Below, one piece after another: positions 41,027 to 50,346 of a stretch of 64,000 bases of DNA (within the stretch, counting starts at the first letter, position 1; each line of letters begins with the position of its first letter). Position numbers and translations under genes: made by a program. Origin of the DNA: Vulcanimicrobiota bacterium. GTDB taxonomy: Bacteria > Vulcanimicrobiota > Vulcanimicrobiia > Vulcanimicrobiales > Vulcanimicrobiaceae. Where the stretch lies: positions 192,001 to 256,000 of the forward strand of contig CAWAXX010000023.1 of NCBI GenBank assembly GCA_963786105.1. The letters are read 5' to 3'. Below the pieces are notes generated by a model. The model did not search any database, was not told the origin of the DNA, and saw nothing but the letters and a program-made list of their open reading frames with translations.

Positions 41027-41055
41027 CGTGCGTCTCCGCTGCGGATGATACGGCG

Positions 41056-41625
41056 TTATGACGCGTCCGAGCCGTCGCCGTTGGGATCGCACCAGTTGCT
41101 GGTTCGCATCATGGCAACGTCGCGTTTCGCGCGATTCCCTACCTGGCCGTACCATGCCGACGACGTGAGGTCGGCGGCAGCGGTCCCGAAAAGCGAATGC
41201 TCGGAAGCCGTGTCGCCGCTGCGTCCGGCGTGACACGCCGCATCGATTGCGCCCCGAGTGTCGTGAAAAGCCGCCCATCCGGCCGTACCGAGGTTGAACA
41301 CCAAATCGCAAATGACGAACCGCCGCGCGTCCGACATGGAGTCGAAGTGAAAGGGCTCGAGGGACGCGCGGGCTTCGACGACGATCGGCGCAAAGGAGTA
41401 CTGGAACAATCCCGCCACCTGCTGCGGAGACAGCCGGGCGCCGCCCATGACGGCATTATAATCCGCGCCGAGTTTTTGCAGAATCGCGCGCGCGTCGTCG
41501 CGCTGCAGGTTAAAGCCGATTCCGATCGTCGGGATTCCCATGGAATCTAGATATTTCTGGTCGCGTTCGCCCTCGTTGATGGTCAGTCGCTTCCGACATT
41601 CGGCTTCCCACTCCGTTTGCGTCAT
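41056..41625 (-). CDS. T4-like lysozyme (GH24)
   Basis: E-x8-D-x5-T triad (NEGERDQKYLDSMGIPTIGIG); C-terminus SAWYGQVGNRAKR resembles T4 lysozyme SRWYNQTPNRAKR; GGGGAG RBS. Confidence 0.9.
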   Translation of the reverse strand: MTQTEWEAECRKRLTINEGERDQKYLDSMGIPTIGIGFNLQRDDARAILQKLGADYNAVMGGARLSPQQVAGLFQYSFAPIVVEARASLEPFHFDSMSDARRFVICDLVFNLGTAGWAAFHDTRGAIDAACHAGRSGDTASEHSLFGTAAADLTSSAWYGQVGNRAKRDVAMMRTSNWCDPNGDGSDAS

Positions 41626-41676
41626 GCTTCAACTCCCCGTTACAACAGGCCCTGATAATTCCGGTGTCGCGAGCGA

Positions 41677-41800
41677 TTACCTGGCGCCGAGCACGGCGCA
41701 GGCGTTCGAACCCCCTCGAAACGCTCGGTGACGTTGAAATCCTCGGCTAGCGTCCACACGATGTTGAGACCACGGCCGCGGTCGCTGAGCACGTCCGACG
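41677..41800 (-). pseudogene. Remnant of RsbW-like HATPase_c C-terminus
   Basis: DVLSDRGRGLNIVWTLAEDFNVTERFEG, shift in a G run, then GSNACAVL; no N-terminal part. Confidence 0.5.
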
Positions 41801-42298
41801 CCCCGAACGGCGAGAGCCGATCCCACGAGACGCGTCTGAGACCATCCTCGGGAGGCACGACGATGTGGTCCGTCTGGTGATGTCCGGCAACGCTCGCCGT
41901 TTGCATAAGTCTGGAGGTTTGTTTTCGCCCAAGCAAAAATCGCGATAGAGCGCCATCGCGCTGTCGGCCGACGGGAGGCGAGCCGCTCGGAAAGCGCCGG
42001 CACGCTGTTAATTTGGGATGCAACCAGCGGCAAAGCAATAGCGAACGTAAGCAGTTGATACGTGGGGCGTTTTTGGCAAACGGGGCCTTCTTGGTTGCGA
42101 AGATTTGGAATCAGGAGGGTTCCCAACAAGTCATGAAGGTTGTTGATTGCCGCGCGGGCACGTCGCAGGCGCCTTTACCATTCCGAGCGGCTTTGGCGCG
42201 GAGCGAGCCGCCGCCGCATCCGATGGTAAGCGCGTCCTCGTGGCCAGCAGCGACGGATTGATACGAATAATCTAAGGACGTCGCGGGGGAGGGAGTTT

Positions 42299-43273
42299 AT
42301 GGGCGTTCCGCAAGACATTATCGCCGCAATAGCGAGCTCGAGCGTAGTTTCTGCGCTAATAAGCGGAGGATTCGGCGCATATCAGATACGAAAAAAAGCC
42401 CAGCTCGACGAGCAGCAGGCGGCGAGTAACGCCAGGCGTGACTACGAGTATGAAGCGCGCAAGCGCCTGTACACCGTTTGCGAACCACTGATTTTTCAGC
42501 TCATCGAATCCGGGCAGGTGGCGACAAAGCGAATCCGCATCATCAGCACGTGGGCAAACACAAACTCGCTAGATAAGGCTCTGCTCAACGCCTACTTTTT
42601 CAATGCCACGGTGTATCGACTCTTCGTCCCCGTGGCGATTGCCAGCGAGTTCGAGCGGCAGCTGACTCTGGTAGATTTGGCGGTGGATTCGAGGATCAAC
42701 AGTGCTCATAAGCTTTCCAGAATGTTGTACCAATCGTTCAACGCGGTGGACGAGGTTGGGCGGGCCGCTCCCAAAGTGGACTATCAACCCGCAGAGCAGG
42801 ACGAGGTGCTGGTCGCGGGCGACTTGGCAGGAGCGTCTGATGCAATGATTTTGGAGGAAAATGGAGCTCGACATTTGATGTCGTTCGGCCAGTATGAGGC
42901 GCTTTTCGCCAAGGAACAAAGACCAAACTCGTCGCAGCCGGTCGACGAGGGGAACCGAAAGAAGCTCCTCGCGCCGGTCCGTCGACTATTTGAGGATTTT
43001 AGTCCCTCAGGCAAGCCGGCTTTATGGCGAACGTTGCTCGTTCAGGTGCTCATCTACCAGGCTCTCTACGCGCTGGGGTCACTTCGTTCAGACGTTCCCA
43101 CAACGACCTTGCGTCCGACCCCGCCGGGCCAAGGCTTTAGGGAGAGATTTCGATGGGAACCGAAATCTCAACAGGGCGATCGCAGCGCAACATCTCTCTT
43201 CGGTCAGTTTGATGCTGCCTGGGAGTACGTGACGAGTCGGGTGGAGGCGTCAGAATTTGACGAATGGCAATAA
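42299..43273 (+). CDS. Hypothetical protein with N-terminal membrane anchor
   Basis: GGGAGGGAG RBS; hydrophobic N-terminus followed by a charged helix; 324-aa ORF. Confidence 0.75.
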   Translation: MGVPQDIIAAIASSSVVSALISGGFGAYQIRKKAQLDEQQAASNARRDYEYEARKRLYTVCEPLIFQLIESGQVATKRIRIISTWANTNSLDKALLNAYFFNATVYRLFVPVAIASEFERQLTLVDLAVDSRINSAHKLSRMLYQSFNAVDEVGRAAPKVDYQPAEQDEVLVAGDLAGASDAMILEENGARHLMSFGQYEALFAKEQRPNSSQPVDEGNRKKLLAPVRRLFEDFSPSGKPALWRTLLVQVLIYQALYALGSLRSDVPTTTLRPTPPGQGFRERFRWEPKSQQGDRSATSLFGQFDAAWEYVTSRVEASEFDEWQ

Positions 43274-43318
43274 GCTCAGCTCAGGACGACACACGAAGAT
43301 CGCTACCTCAAAACCTCC

Positions 43319-44671
43319 CTAGCGATGAGAGCGTTTTGCGAGTTGCGCGACTTTCGAGGCCATCCGCGGAAAACCAATATCGGGCGCTTTGAAATGTTGC
43401 AGCTTTCGATCCGAGAGGTTTACCGTAACGAAGTCGTTCGGTGTTTTTGCGTGCGCCCCGTCGGCCGCGGGGTGATATTCGATTCGAAGCTGGTCGGCAG
43501 TAGCGATCACGCGGAGGTAGCCGTAGCCGCCGTCGTCGTAGTTCTCGAAAGCAATTTTGTCACGACCCTTTGAAGCGGGCTGGATGACCTGCGGCGTTCG
43601 AATGGCCGTGTCGCCGTCGGGGCCGGGAACCTTCGAGAGGCGTTGGAAGTTGTGACCTCCGTTACCGCAGACGACGTATGGGATTTCGGTACCGTCGCTG
43701 CGATAGCGCGTAAATCGTTGATAGTTGTGGGCGTGCCCGGCCAGATCGGCGTGCGGCCAGAGGCCGACCTTATGGCATACGGCGTCGATCTGCCCTTGCA
43801 TCTTCACGCTCCACCCGTGTCGCGAAAGCGTATATGGCGGATGATGATGCGCGAACAGCAGCGCTCCCCGGTAGTTCTCGGCTTTTAGGCGCCTGAGCGC
43901 CGTTTCGAGAAAGACGATCTGGGAATTCCCGATATGACTATCGGCGATCACTCCCGGATCTTCGAGCGAATTGCTGAAGAGGACGATAATGCGAACGAAG
44001 GGCGCCTCAAAAGTAAAGAACACGCCCGGCTGAATCTGGGCCGTCCGGGAAAGGCCTCCAGCCTCGGGTAAGATTTCGAACTGCTTCGCGCAAAAATTTC
44101 GAAGAAATCCCTCGAGGCTCGTCTCGGGCATTCCCGGCGGAACCATGCTATCGTGGTTGCCGGCGGCAGCGAGGATGGGCGCCGGGTAGTCGCGGTATGG
44201 ATCGTAGAACTGATCGTAATAATACTGCAATTCGCCGAAGCTGTAGACGATATCGCCGAGCAACAGGTTGAACTGCGGTATCTCGCGGTCATCCTGTTCC
44301 TGAAAATCGGTCAGCAGCTTGTCGGTGACGAGACTCTGCGTCTGTGGGCCCTTTAGGCTTCCGCAATCTCCCAACGCGTGAAAAACGATCTGCTTATTGC
44401 CGGTAATCCACTGAATCCCCTGACGGCTCTTTCCGAGAACGTCGTACAGGTTCAGGCGCGGCTCCGGAACGCCTCGCGGTTCGGGAAATTTGGTTGCCTG
44501 AAGCCGATGCTTCTTGTTGAGCGCGTCGATCGCGTGATAAAAGGGACCATCTGAGGGATGTTTGACGAGGAACGTGTTCGGATCGGGTGTCGGGCGTTTC
44601 TCGCCGAATGTTGGCGCACCGACGACTCGAAGTTGCGTGTGCGCGGCGGCCCTCCGACCTTTGTTAGGCAC
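43319..44671 (-). CDS. Calcineurin-like metallophosphoesterase (purple acid phosphatase-like)
   Basis: GDCG, GDIVY, GNHD, HHPPY, GHAHNY; AGGAGG RBS favours GTG 44671 (ORF open from 44680). Confidence 0.88.
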   Translation of the reverse strand: MPNKGRRAAAHTQLRVVGAPTFGEKRPTPDPNTFLVKHPSDGPFYHAIDALNKKHRLQATKFPEPRGVPEPRLNLYDVLGKSRQGIQWITGNKQIVFHALGDCGSLKGPQTQSLVTDKLLTDFQEQDDREIPQFNLLLGDIVYSFGELQYYYDQFYDPYRDYPAPILAAAGNHDSMVPPGMPETSLEGFLRNFCAKQFEILPEAGGLSRTAQIQPGVFFTFEAPFVRIIVLFSNSLEDPGVIADSHIGNSQIVFLETALRRLKAENYRGALLFAHHHPPYTLSRHGWSVKMQGQIDAVCHKVGLWPHADLAGHAHNYQRFTRYRSDGTEIPYVVCGNGGHNFQRLSKVPGPDGDTAIRTPQVIQPASKGRDKIAFENYDDGGYGYLRVIATADQLRIEYHPAADGAHAKTPNDFVTVNLSDRKLQHFKAPDIGFPRMASKVAQLAKRSHR

Positions 44672-45058
44672 GAAATTCACCCTCCTTTTCGTACTGGCGC
44701 ACGGCGCCCCTGAATGGTTAAACAGGCACTGCGCCTTCCCTGGTGGGCTGGACCACGCGCTTAGGCACCCGCGAGTTTGCTGAGTTTCCCTTAGCGCACA
44801 ATAGCAAAAAGCTCATAGCCGCGGCCTAACGTGTGGGCCCCGGATAGCATCTTTTTTCGCTTGAACGAACGTATCCGTACAATCGGCGACGTAGGCGTGC
44901 GGCAGGGACTCGGACCGCCGCCGCGCCGATTAAGGATTTGCGCTCGACTGGTAGGTTCGTAGGAGGGTGGCCTCTTGAGAAAGGGGAACAACCAAGCACT
45001 AGCGTCGACACCAGGACGCTAGGCCATTTTCGTTGCTCGGCTAGGGAGGGTTCTGGCA

Positions 45059-46051
45059 ATGGGCAAAACCGGCATCGCCGTCGTCTTCGTGCTCTTAACG
45101 TCGACGTTCGCGGGATGCGAGCACCCGGTCGATCTTCAGAAAATCCAAGCCTACGCGAACGCCGTCGCATCGGCGGCGCCTTCGTTCGACGTAGTGGCCG
45201 ACGACTATGCGAGAACGTGCGTGCAGATACGCGAACATACGGACCAATCACACGCGTGGCTCCAAAACGCACCCAAAGCAGAATTCACACCACCTCCATC
45301 GCCGGCTCCTGCGGCTACGACGAGTGGTTTCGGTCAGTCGTACCCCAATTGTGCCGACGCGGCGCTAGTCGCCCAGCAGTGGCAGAAGCGCAACAAGGTG
45401 GTCGTCGACTACGTCTACGCGCTTGCGGCGATTGCCGGCGTCAACACGAAGCCCAGCGGATTGAGCGATCTCACCGGTCAACTTACGAACGTAGGGCTGG
45501 TCGGTACGGCTCCCGCGACGCTCTTCACCGACCTGGGAAATGCGATTATCCAATCCCTTCTGGAATCCGAGCAGCAGGCAGCTTTACGCAAGGCTCTCCA
45601 GCAAGGGAACGGTCCTTTTCAAGACTCGACGGCCGCTCTCCGCAAGCTCTCGGCTAGCTATCAAATTCTGCTTGCCAGCGACCTCGTGCAAACGGATGGC
45701 TTTTACCAGGTTGACGTCCGGAAGCGACTGGCGGAGCGCGCGGCTCTAGAAAACGCCCCGAAGAAGCCCGGCAACGCTTCCCTCATGGCCATGGAGCTCA
45801 CGTTGCACGTTGCGCCGGTAGACATCTACAACGAACGGCAGCAATGGCTCGCCGAGAGGATTAACATTCAAACTCGGATGAGCCAAGCTACCGCGTACGA
45901 TTCCACGATGAGCGACCTGGCATCTACGAACAAAGATCTCACCGAGGCAAGCGAAAAAGGTGCGTCGTTCGGCGATATGATCGACGTCGTCAATCAACAC
46001 GTCGTGCCGATCGTCAACGATGCCTCAGCACTGACAAATCCGGGAAAGTGA
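45059..46051 (+). CDS. Alpha-helical hypothetical lipoprotein
   Basis: GGAGG RBS; TFAG-C lipobox; helical/coiled-coil composition. Confidence 0.8.
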   Translation: MGKTGIAVVFVLLTSTFAGCEHPVDLQKIQAYANAVASAAPSFDVVADDYARTCVQIREHTDQSHAWLQNAPKAEFTPPPSPAPAATTSGFGQSYPNCADAALVAQQWQKRNKVVVDYVYALAAIAGVNTKPSGLSDLTGQLTNVGLVGTAPATLFTDLGNAIIQSLLESEQQAALRKALQQGNGPFQDSTAALRKLSASYQILLASDLVQTDGFYQVDVRKRLAERAALENAPKKPGNASLMAMELTLHVAPVDIYNERQQWLAERINIQTRMSQATAYDSTMSDLASTNKDLTEASEKGASFGDMIDVVNQHVVPIVNDASALTNPGK

Positions 46052-46061
46052 GGCGAACTCA

Positions 46062-46463
46062 ATGGCTAGTCCCCTGTCGTCGGACCAACTCTCGTCACTA
46101 GCGAAAGAGTATTCTCAGTTCGCGTCCACGCTCAATGACTTTCTCGATAACAACGATATTCCGGATCCGGACTACACGAGTCTACGAAATGCGGCTTCTA
46201 AGTGCGCCACGATTGCGGCAAGCTTAGCAATCGACGCAGCGGTAACCGAGTTTTCGGACTCAGACGCCGCGTTCCGCAACTTGTCTCAGGTTACGACCGA
46301 CGCGAACCATGCGGCAGACGGAATAAACAAAGAGGCCGCGAGCATTAAGAAAGCGCTCAGCATCGCAACGGGAATGCTGCAGTTGGCGACTGGACTCGTG
46401 AGCGGTAATCCCGGCAACGTCATCTCGGCCATAGGAAGTTTGCATAGCAGCATCTGGGGCTGA
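46062..46463 (+). CDS. Small helical hypothetical protein coupled to the lipoprotein
   Basis: GAGG RBS; starts 10 nt after the upstream stop; hydrophobic C-terminal hairpin. Confidence 0.75.
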   Translation: MASPLSSDQLSSLAKEYSQFASTLNDFLDNNDIPDPDYTSLRNAASKCATIAASLAIDAAVTEFSDSDAAFRNLSQVTTDANHAADGINKEAASIKKALSIATGMLQLATGLVSGNPGNVISAIGSLHSSIWG

Positions 46464-46510
46464 GGAAACGCCGCGCCACGAAGGCGCGGCCGGCAAATGG
46501 AGGCATAATC

Positions 46511-47143
46511 ATGAAGCAGCGTTTCCTCATCGGAGCGCTTCTGCTGACGTCTCTCGTGACGCTGCTCCTTGGCCTGGCATACTGGCGCGAGACGCGTTCC
46601 ACAAGCGGGGTGTCGAAAGCCGCAACGCTTGAGCAAGGCGCCGACAGTGGATCGGACTTCTTCTTGGAAGGCCAGTTGGTGCGGGCGTATCTAACCGTCG
46701 AGCCTGCACAAGTTCGACCGAACGACTCCGTGAAGGCAGTGCTCAAGCTCGGGCCACTTGCATCGAAAGGTGCGGGCCCGGGGCTCGGTAACGAGCACGA
46801 TGGTTTCCTCAGCCCAAGCATCGCAGCGTCGGATTGTACGGCCCAGACGTCGCAAAAGGATGCGAAGTCCACAAAGTCGATGATCCAGGCGTTCGCATGG
46901 AGTTGGTCTATAAACTGCCAAACGGAGGGAAAGAAGGTGGTTCAGATCACCCTCGCGTTTCGCCCGGCAGGTGCTGAGAACGACTCCGATCCAGTAGCCT
47001 TTCAAGCCTCGCGGGAGTTTACCGTTGAAAAGTCGCCGTTGGAACGAACGCTTGGTTTCATTGCCGCGATCAGCCTTCTTGGCCCACTCATTTCAACGAT
47101 TCTCCTGGTTATCGATCGATTCCGGACACGGAAGAGCGCGTGA
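46511..47143 (+). CDS. Hypothetical membrane protein (N- and C-terminal TM)
   Basis: GGAGG RBS; two hydrophobic helices flanking a beta-rich domain with two Cys. Confidence 0.7.
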   Translation: MKQRFLIGALLLTSLVTLLLGLAYWRETRSTSGVSKAATLEQGADSGSDFFLEGQLVRAYLTVEPAQVRPNDSVKAVLKLGPLASKGAGPGLGNEHDGFLSPSIAASDCTAQTSQKDAKSTKSMIQAFAWSWSINCQTEGKKVVQITLAFRPAGAENDSDPVAFQASREFTVEKSPLERTLGFIAAISLLGPLISTILLVIDRFRTRKSA

Positions 47144-47154
47144 GAACCGGGGCT

Positions 47155-47934
47155 CTAGTGAACGGAGACATGGAGCTCAGCTGCGTTCATTGCGCGTGAG
47201 TGCGGATTTCGGTCTCCGCACAACTGGCTAACGAGATCGGTCGTCTGCTGGGTTGGTCTGATTCCGAGATGGCGCTCTAGATAGGCGACGAGTGCATCGT
47301 ATTGCTCCACCGCGCGCGCGCGCTGACCGAGCGCGACGAAACATCGAATTACGAGACACGTCGCGCTTTCGTGCCCGGGTTCGGCAGCGATCAACTGCAG
47401 GCCGCACGACAAGGCTCGCCCGGGATCTCCGCTCGAAACCGCTTCCTCGGCGAGACGATGCATCGCACAGCTGTACGCACTCGCGCAACGAATGCGCAAC
47501 GGCTGCAGCCAATCGGCGGTTTCGCCGGCAAGGAACTCGCCGGCGTACAACTCCGCAGCCAGCTGGAGCGCTTCACTACTCTTACTGCGGCACAACTCCA
47601 GGAATTCACTCGCGTCCGACGTGACGTGCGTTTGCGGCCCCCATGCGTAACCGCCTGCGGCACACTCGATCACGTCCTCTCCCCCCAGCAGTTCGCGCAG
47701 ATAGGTCCGCGCGCCGCTGGCGGCGAGGTGAATTCGATGCGTGACCATTTCGAGGTCGAGCCCGGGCCAAAAGGCTTCGGCGAGCTCGTCGACGGTTGCA
47801 AGCCTGCGGGGATAAGCCCCGAGGTACTGTATGAAGTCCCGGCCCTTTTTCGCCGATGGCCCACGATACCAGCGGGTCTCCGCCTGAATCCCAAAATCTC
47901 CGAGGAACCGAAAATGCAAGCGCACGTCGTTCAT
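47155..47934 (-). CDS. SARP/BTAD-family transcriptional activator
   Basis: FRFLGDF, ELAEAFWP, SDASEF, LYAGEFLAG..ADWL...R, EPGHE, LGIRP. Confidence 0.85.
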   Translation of the reverse strand: MNDVRLHFRFLGDFGIQAETRWYRGPSAKKGRDFIQYLGAYPRRLATVDELAEAFWPGLDLEMVTHRIHLAASGARTYLRELLGGEDVIECAAGGYAWGPQTHVTSDASEFLELCRSKSSEALQLAAELYAGEFLAGETADWLQPLRIRCASAYSCAMHRLAEEAVSSGDPGRALSCGLQLIAAEPGHESATCLVIRCFVALGQRARAVEQYDALVAYLERHLGIRPTQQTTDLVSQLCGDRNPHSRAMNAAELHVSVH

Positions 47935-48014
47935 TTTGGCGCCTTTACTAGGTAGTGTAGCGGATCGGAGGAAGGCGAGAGTGAGTCGAGAGCCGCTTAG
48001 GTTAGCGTTGACTG

Positions 48015-48290
48015 GTGAACCTGGCCGAGGGGGCGCCTCTATCCCTGATCGTGCGTCTAGCGTCGGATGAGGGGGACCGCGTCGTGTGCGCGCGGGCGAC
48101 GCCGGCCGACGACGGCTTCGGACTCGCGAGTGACGGCGCGACTTTGCTCGTAAAGTTGTGGTTCGAGGGACCCGACGTCATTCGTGGATCCATCACGCAT
48201 CCGAAGTCGGGCTGCATCGCCATGGTGCAGGGCAACGACGCGCTACGCCGGGTCGCCGAAGAGGTGAGATTGAGGCTGACGAAGGCGTAA
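48015..48290 (+). CDS. Small hypothetical protein divergent from the BTAD regulator
   Basis: 91-aa ORF with LLVKLWFE...RGSITHPKSG. Confidence 0.6.
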   Translation: MNLAEGAPLSLIVRLASDEGDRVVCARATPADDGFGLASDGATLLVKLWFEGPDVIRGSITHPKSGCIAMVQGNDALRRVAEEVRLRLTKA

Positions 48291-48465
48291 GATTTGCAGT
48301 CCATTGTGACACCACGGGCACGAGATTGGACTAAAAAAGTTGCCAGCAGGGGCTCGCTTAGTATACGCCAATCCGATGCGTTAGGCAAGGCGTCCTGGCT
48401 TCAACGCCGGAGGAAATCTAGGCGTCGCTGCAAGCAGAAAGGGTGCACCATAATTTGAGCTTCGC

Positions 48466-50331
48466 ATGAACGACTCTAGCGGTACGCGCATTACTCAGCC
48501 GCTGCTCGATCTCGCAAAACGGACGCCCAGCGACTCGTTTAATATTGTCGTACGCGCCATAGTTCCGCCTGATACGGACGCAAGTCTTGCGTCGAATCAG
48601 GTTTCCACCATCCTGCAGCAGGTTAAGTCCGCAATCGACGGACTCGATCTCGCAAAAGGCGAAGGCACGACTTGGAGCGGGGAACAGGCTGCATCGCCGT
48701 TTCTCTACGCAATATTGACCGGCGCCCACGTTCTTGCGCTCGAACAAAAAATTCCGCCCGCCCTTCCGATCGAGTTTCGCCGGGATCAGACGCCACTGGA
48801 CGCGACGGCGATTTTCGACCCCGAGGATTTGGTGGGCCGAGTCATTGCCGAGCCGCTGGCGTCGAAAATCAGGGCGAATCCGGACGCGCCTTACGACTGC
48901 ATTATCGTGCTCAACGACCGGCATCCCGAGGGGGTCCAAATAGCGCGTGCGACGGTCGTACGTTTTCTCGATGTCGTCGGCCGGCGGTGCGGATCTCCCA
49001 TTCGCTTTCGGAGTGACGAGAACGCTTCGCATGCCTACGTCTTCGCTACTTTGACCGGAGCACAAGTGAGAGCACTCATCGATTTGGATCGCAATCCAAA
49101 AACCGGTCCCAACTCAATCCATCAGATATGGGAAGACAGTCAAGTACGGCCGTTGATTACGAAATCCATTGCGACCGTTAAGGCCGATGCGGCCCAAATT
49201 GCATACAGCGCTGCCGGGGTGGGGATCGTTTGGGCGGTGATCGACTCGGGCATCGACGTTGCGCACCCACATTTCAAAGCCAATCAAAACTTCAACCTCG
49301 ACGCCGTACGGCCCGTGCGCCATCGCGACTTTATCGGCGCGATGCCGCCGTCATCCGATCCATCAAAGGACGATCCCGGAGCGATGGTCGACGGGCTTGG
49401 CCACGGCACGCACGTCGCGGGGATCATTGCGGGTACCTGGAGTGCGCCGGCGCAGCCGGCGAGCGGCTCGGCCGCCCCGGCGCGTCCGACGGTATTGCTC
49501 ACCGCGCGCGACGGCTCGGGTGCGGACGAGCGCGTCCTCGACTATCCGCCCGTGATCACGGGCATGGCCCCGAAGTGCACGCTGGTCAGCATGCGCGTTC
49601 TCGACGATCGCGGGAACGGACAAGTTTCAACGATCATCGATGCACTCGAAGAAATCCAAAAGCTGAATAGTTACGGCCGGCGAATCGTAATCGCCGGCGT
49701 GAACTTGAGCATCGGTTATCCTTTCGATGCGAAGTGGTTTGCATGCGGGCAGAGCCCACTCTGCGTTGAGGTGAATCGCCTCGTCCGCGCCGGCGTCGTC
49801 GTCGTTTCCGCGGCCGGCAACTCGGGATTCGGCACCTTCAACACCACCTTTACGCAAGGCTGGAGTGCGACCATTCCGCAGACGATCAACGACCCTGGGA
49901 ACGCCGATCTGGCGATTACGGTGGGATCGACGCATCGCGAAGCGCCGCACCTGTACGGCGTATCGTATTTCTCGTCGAAAGGCCCAACGGGAGATGGAAG
50001 GCTCAAGCCGGATTTGGTGGCGCCCGGTGAGAAGATCGTGTCCTGCGCATCGTCGCAGAGCCGGCTGCCCGTCACCGTTTCGAACCCCGACGGCACCACC
50101 AGCAGCGTTCCGAGCGACGGCTACACCTACCGTGAGGATTCCGGAACGAGCATGGCAGCCCCCCACGTATCCGGCCTCATCGCAGGTTTTCTTTCGATTC
50201 GCAAGGAGTACATCGGCCAACCGGAAGACGTAAAAGCGCTCTTCGTCGAGAACGCCACCGATCTCAAACGGGACCACACGTTTCAAGGCGCAGGCCTGGT
50301 CGATATCATGCGAGCCATCCAAGCCGTGTAG
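48466..50331 (+). CDS. S8 (subtilisin-family) serine protease, no signal peptide
   Basis: VIDSG, HGTHVAG, AAGNSG, GTSMAAPHVSG. Confidence 0.93.
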   Translation: MNDSSGTRITQPLLDLAKRTPSDSFNIVVRAIVPPDTDASLASNQVSTILQQVKSAIDGLDLAKGEGTTWSGEQAASPFLYAILTGAHVLALEQKIPPALPIEFRRDQTPLDATAIFDPEDLVGRVIAEPLASKIRANPDAPYDCIIVLNDRHPEGVQIARATVVRFLDVVGRRCGSPIRFRSDENASHAYVFATLTGAQVRALIDLDRNPKTGPNSIHQIWEDSQVRPLITKSIATVKADAAQIAYSAAGVGIVWAVIDSGIDVAHPHFKANQNFNLDAVRPVRHRDFIGAMPPSSDPSKDDPGAMVDGLGHGTHVAGIIAGTWSAPAQPASGSAAPARPTVLLTARDGSGADERVLDYPPVITGMAPKCTLVSMRVLDDRGNGQVSTIIDALEEIQKLNSYGRRIVIAGVNLSIGYPFDAKWFACGQSPLCVEVNRLVRAGVVVVSAAGNSGFGTFNTTFTQGWSATIPQTINDPGNADLAITVGSTHREAPHLYGVSYFSSKGPTGDGRLKPDLVAPGEKIVSCASSQSRLPVTVSNPDGTTSSVPSDGYTYREDSGTSMAAPHVSGLIAGFLSIRKEYIGQPEDVKALFVENATDLKRDHTFQGAGLVDIMRAIQAV

Positions 50332-50346
50332 TGAAGGAGCGATTGA

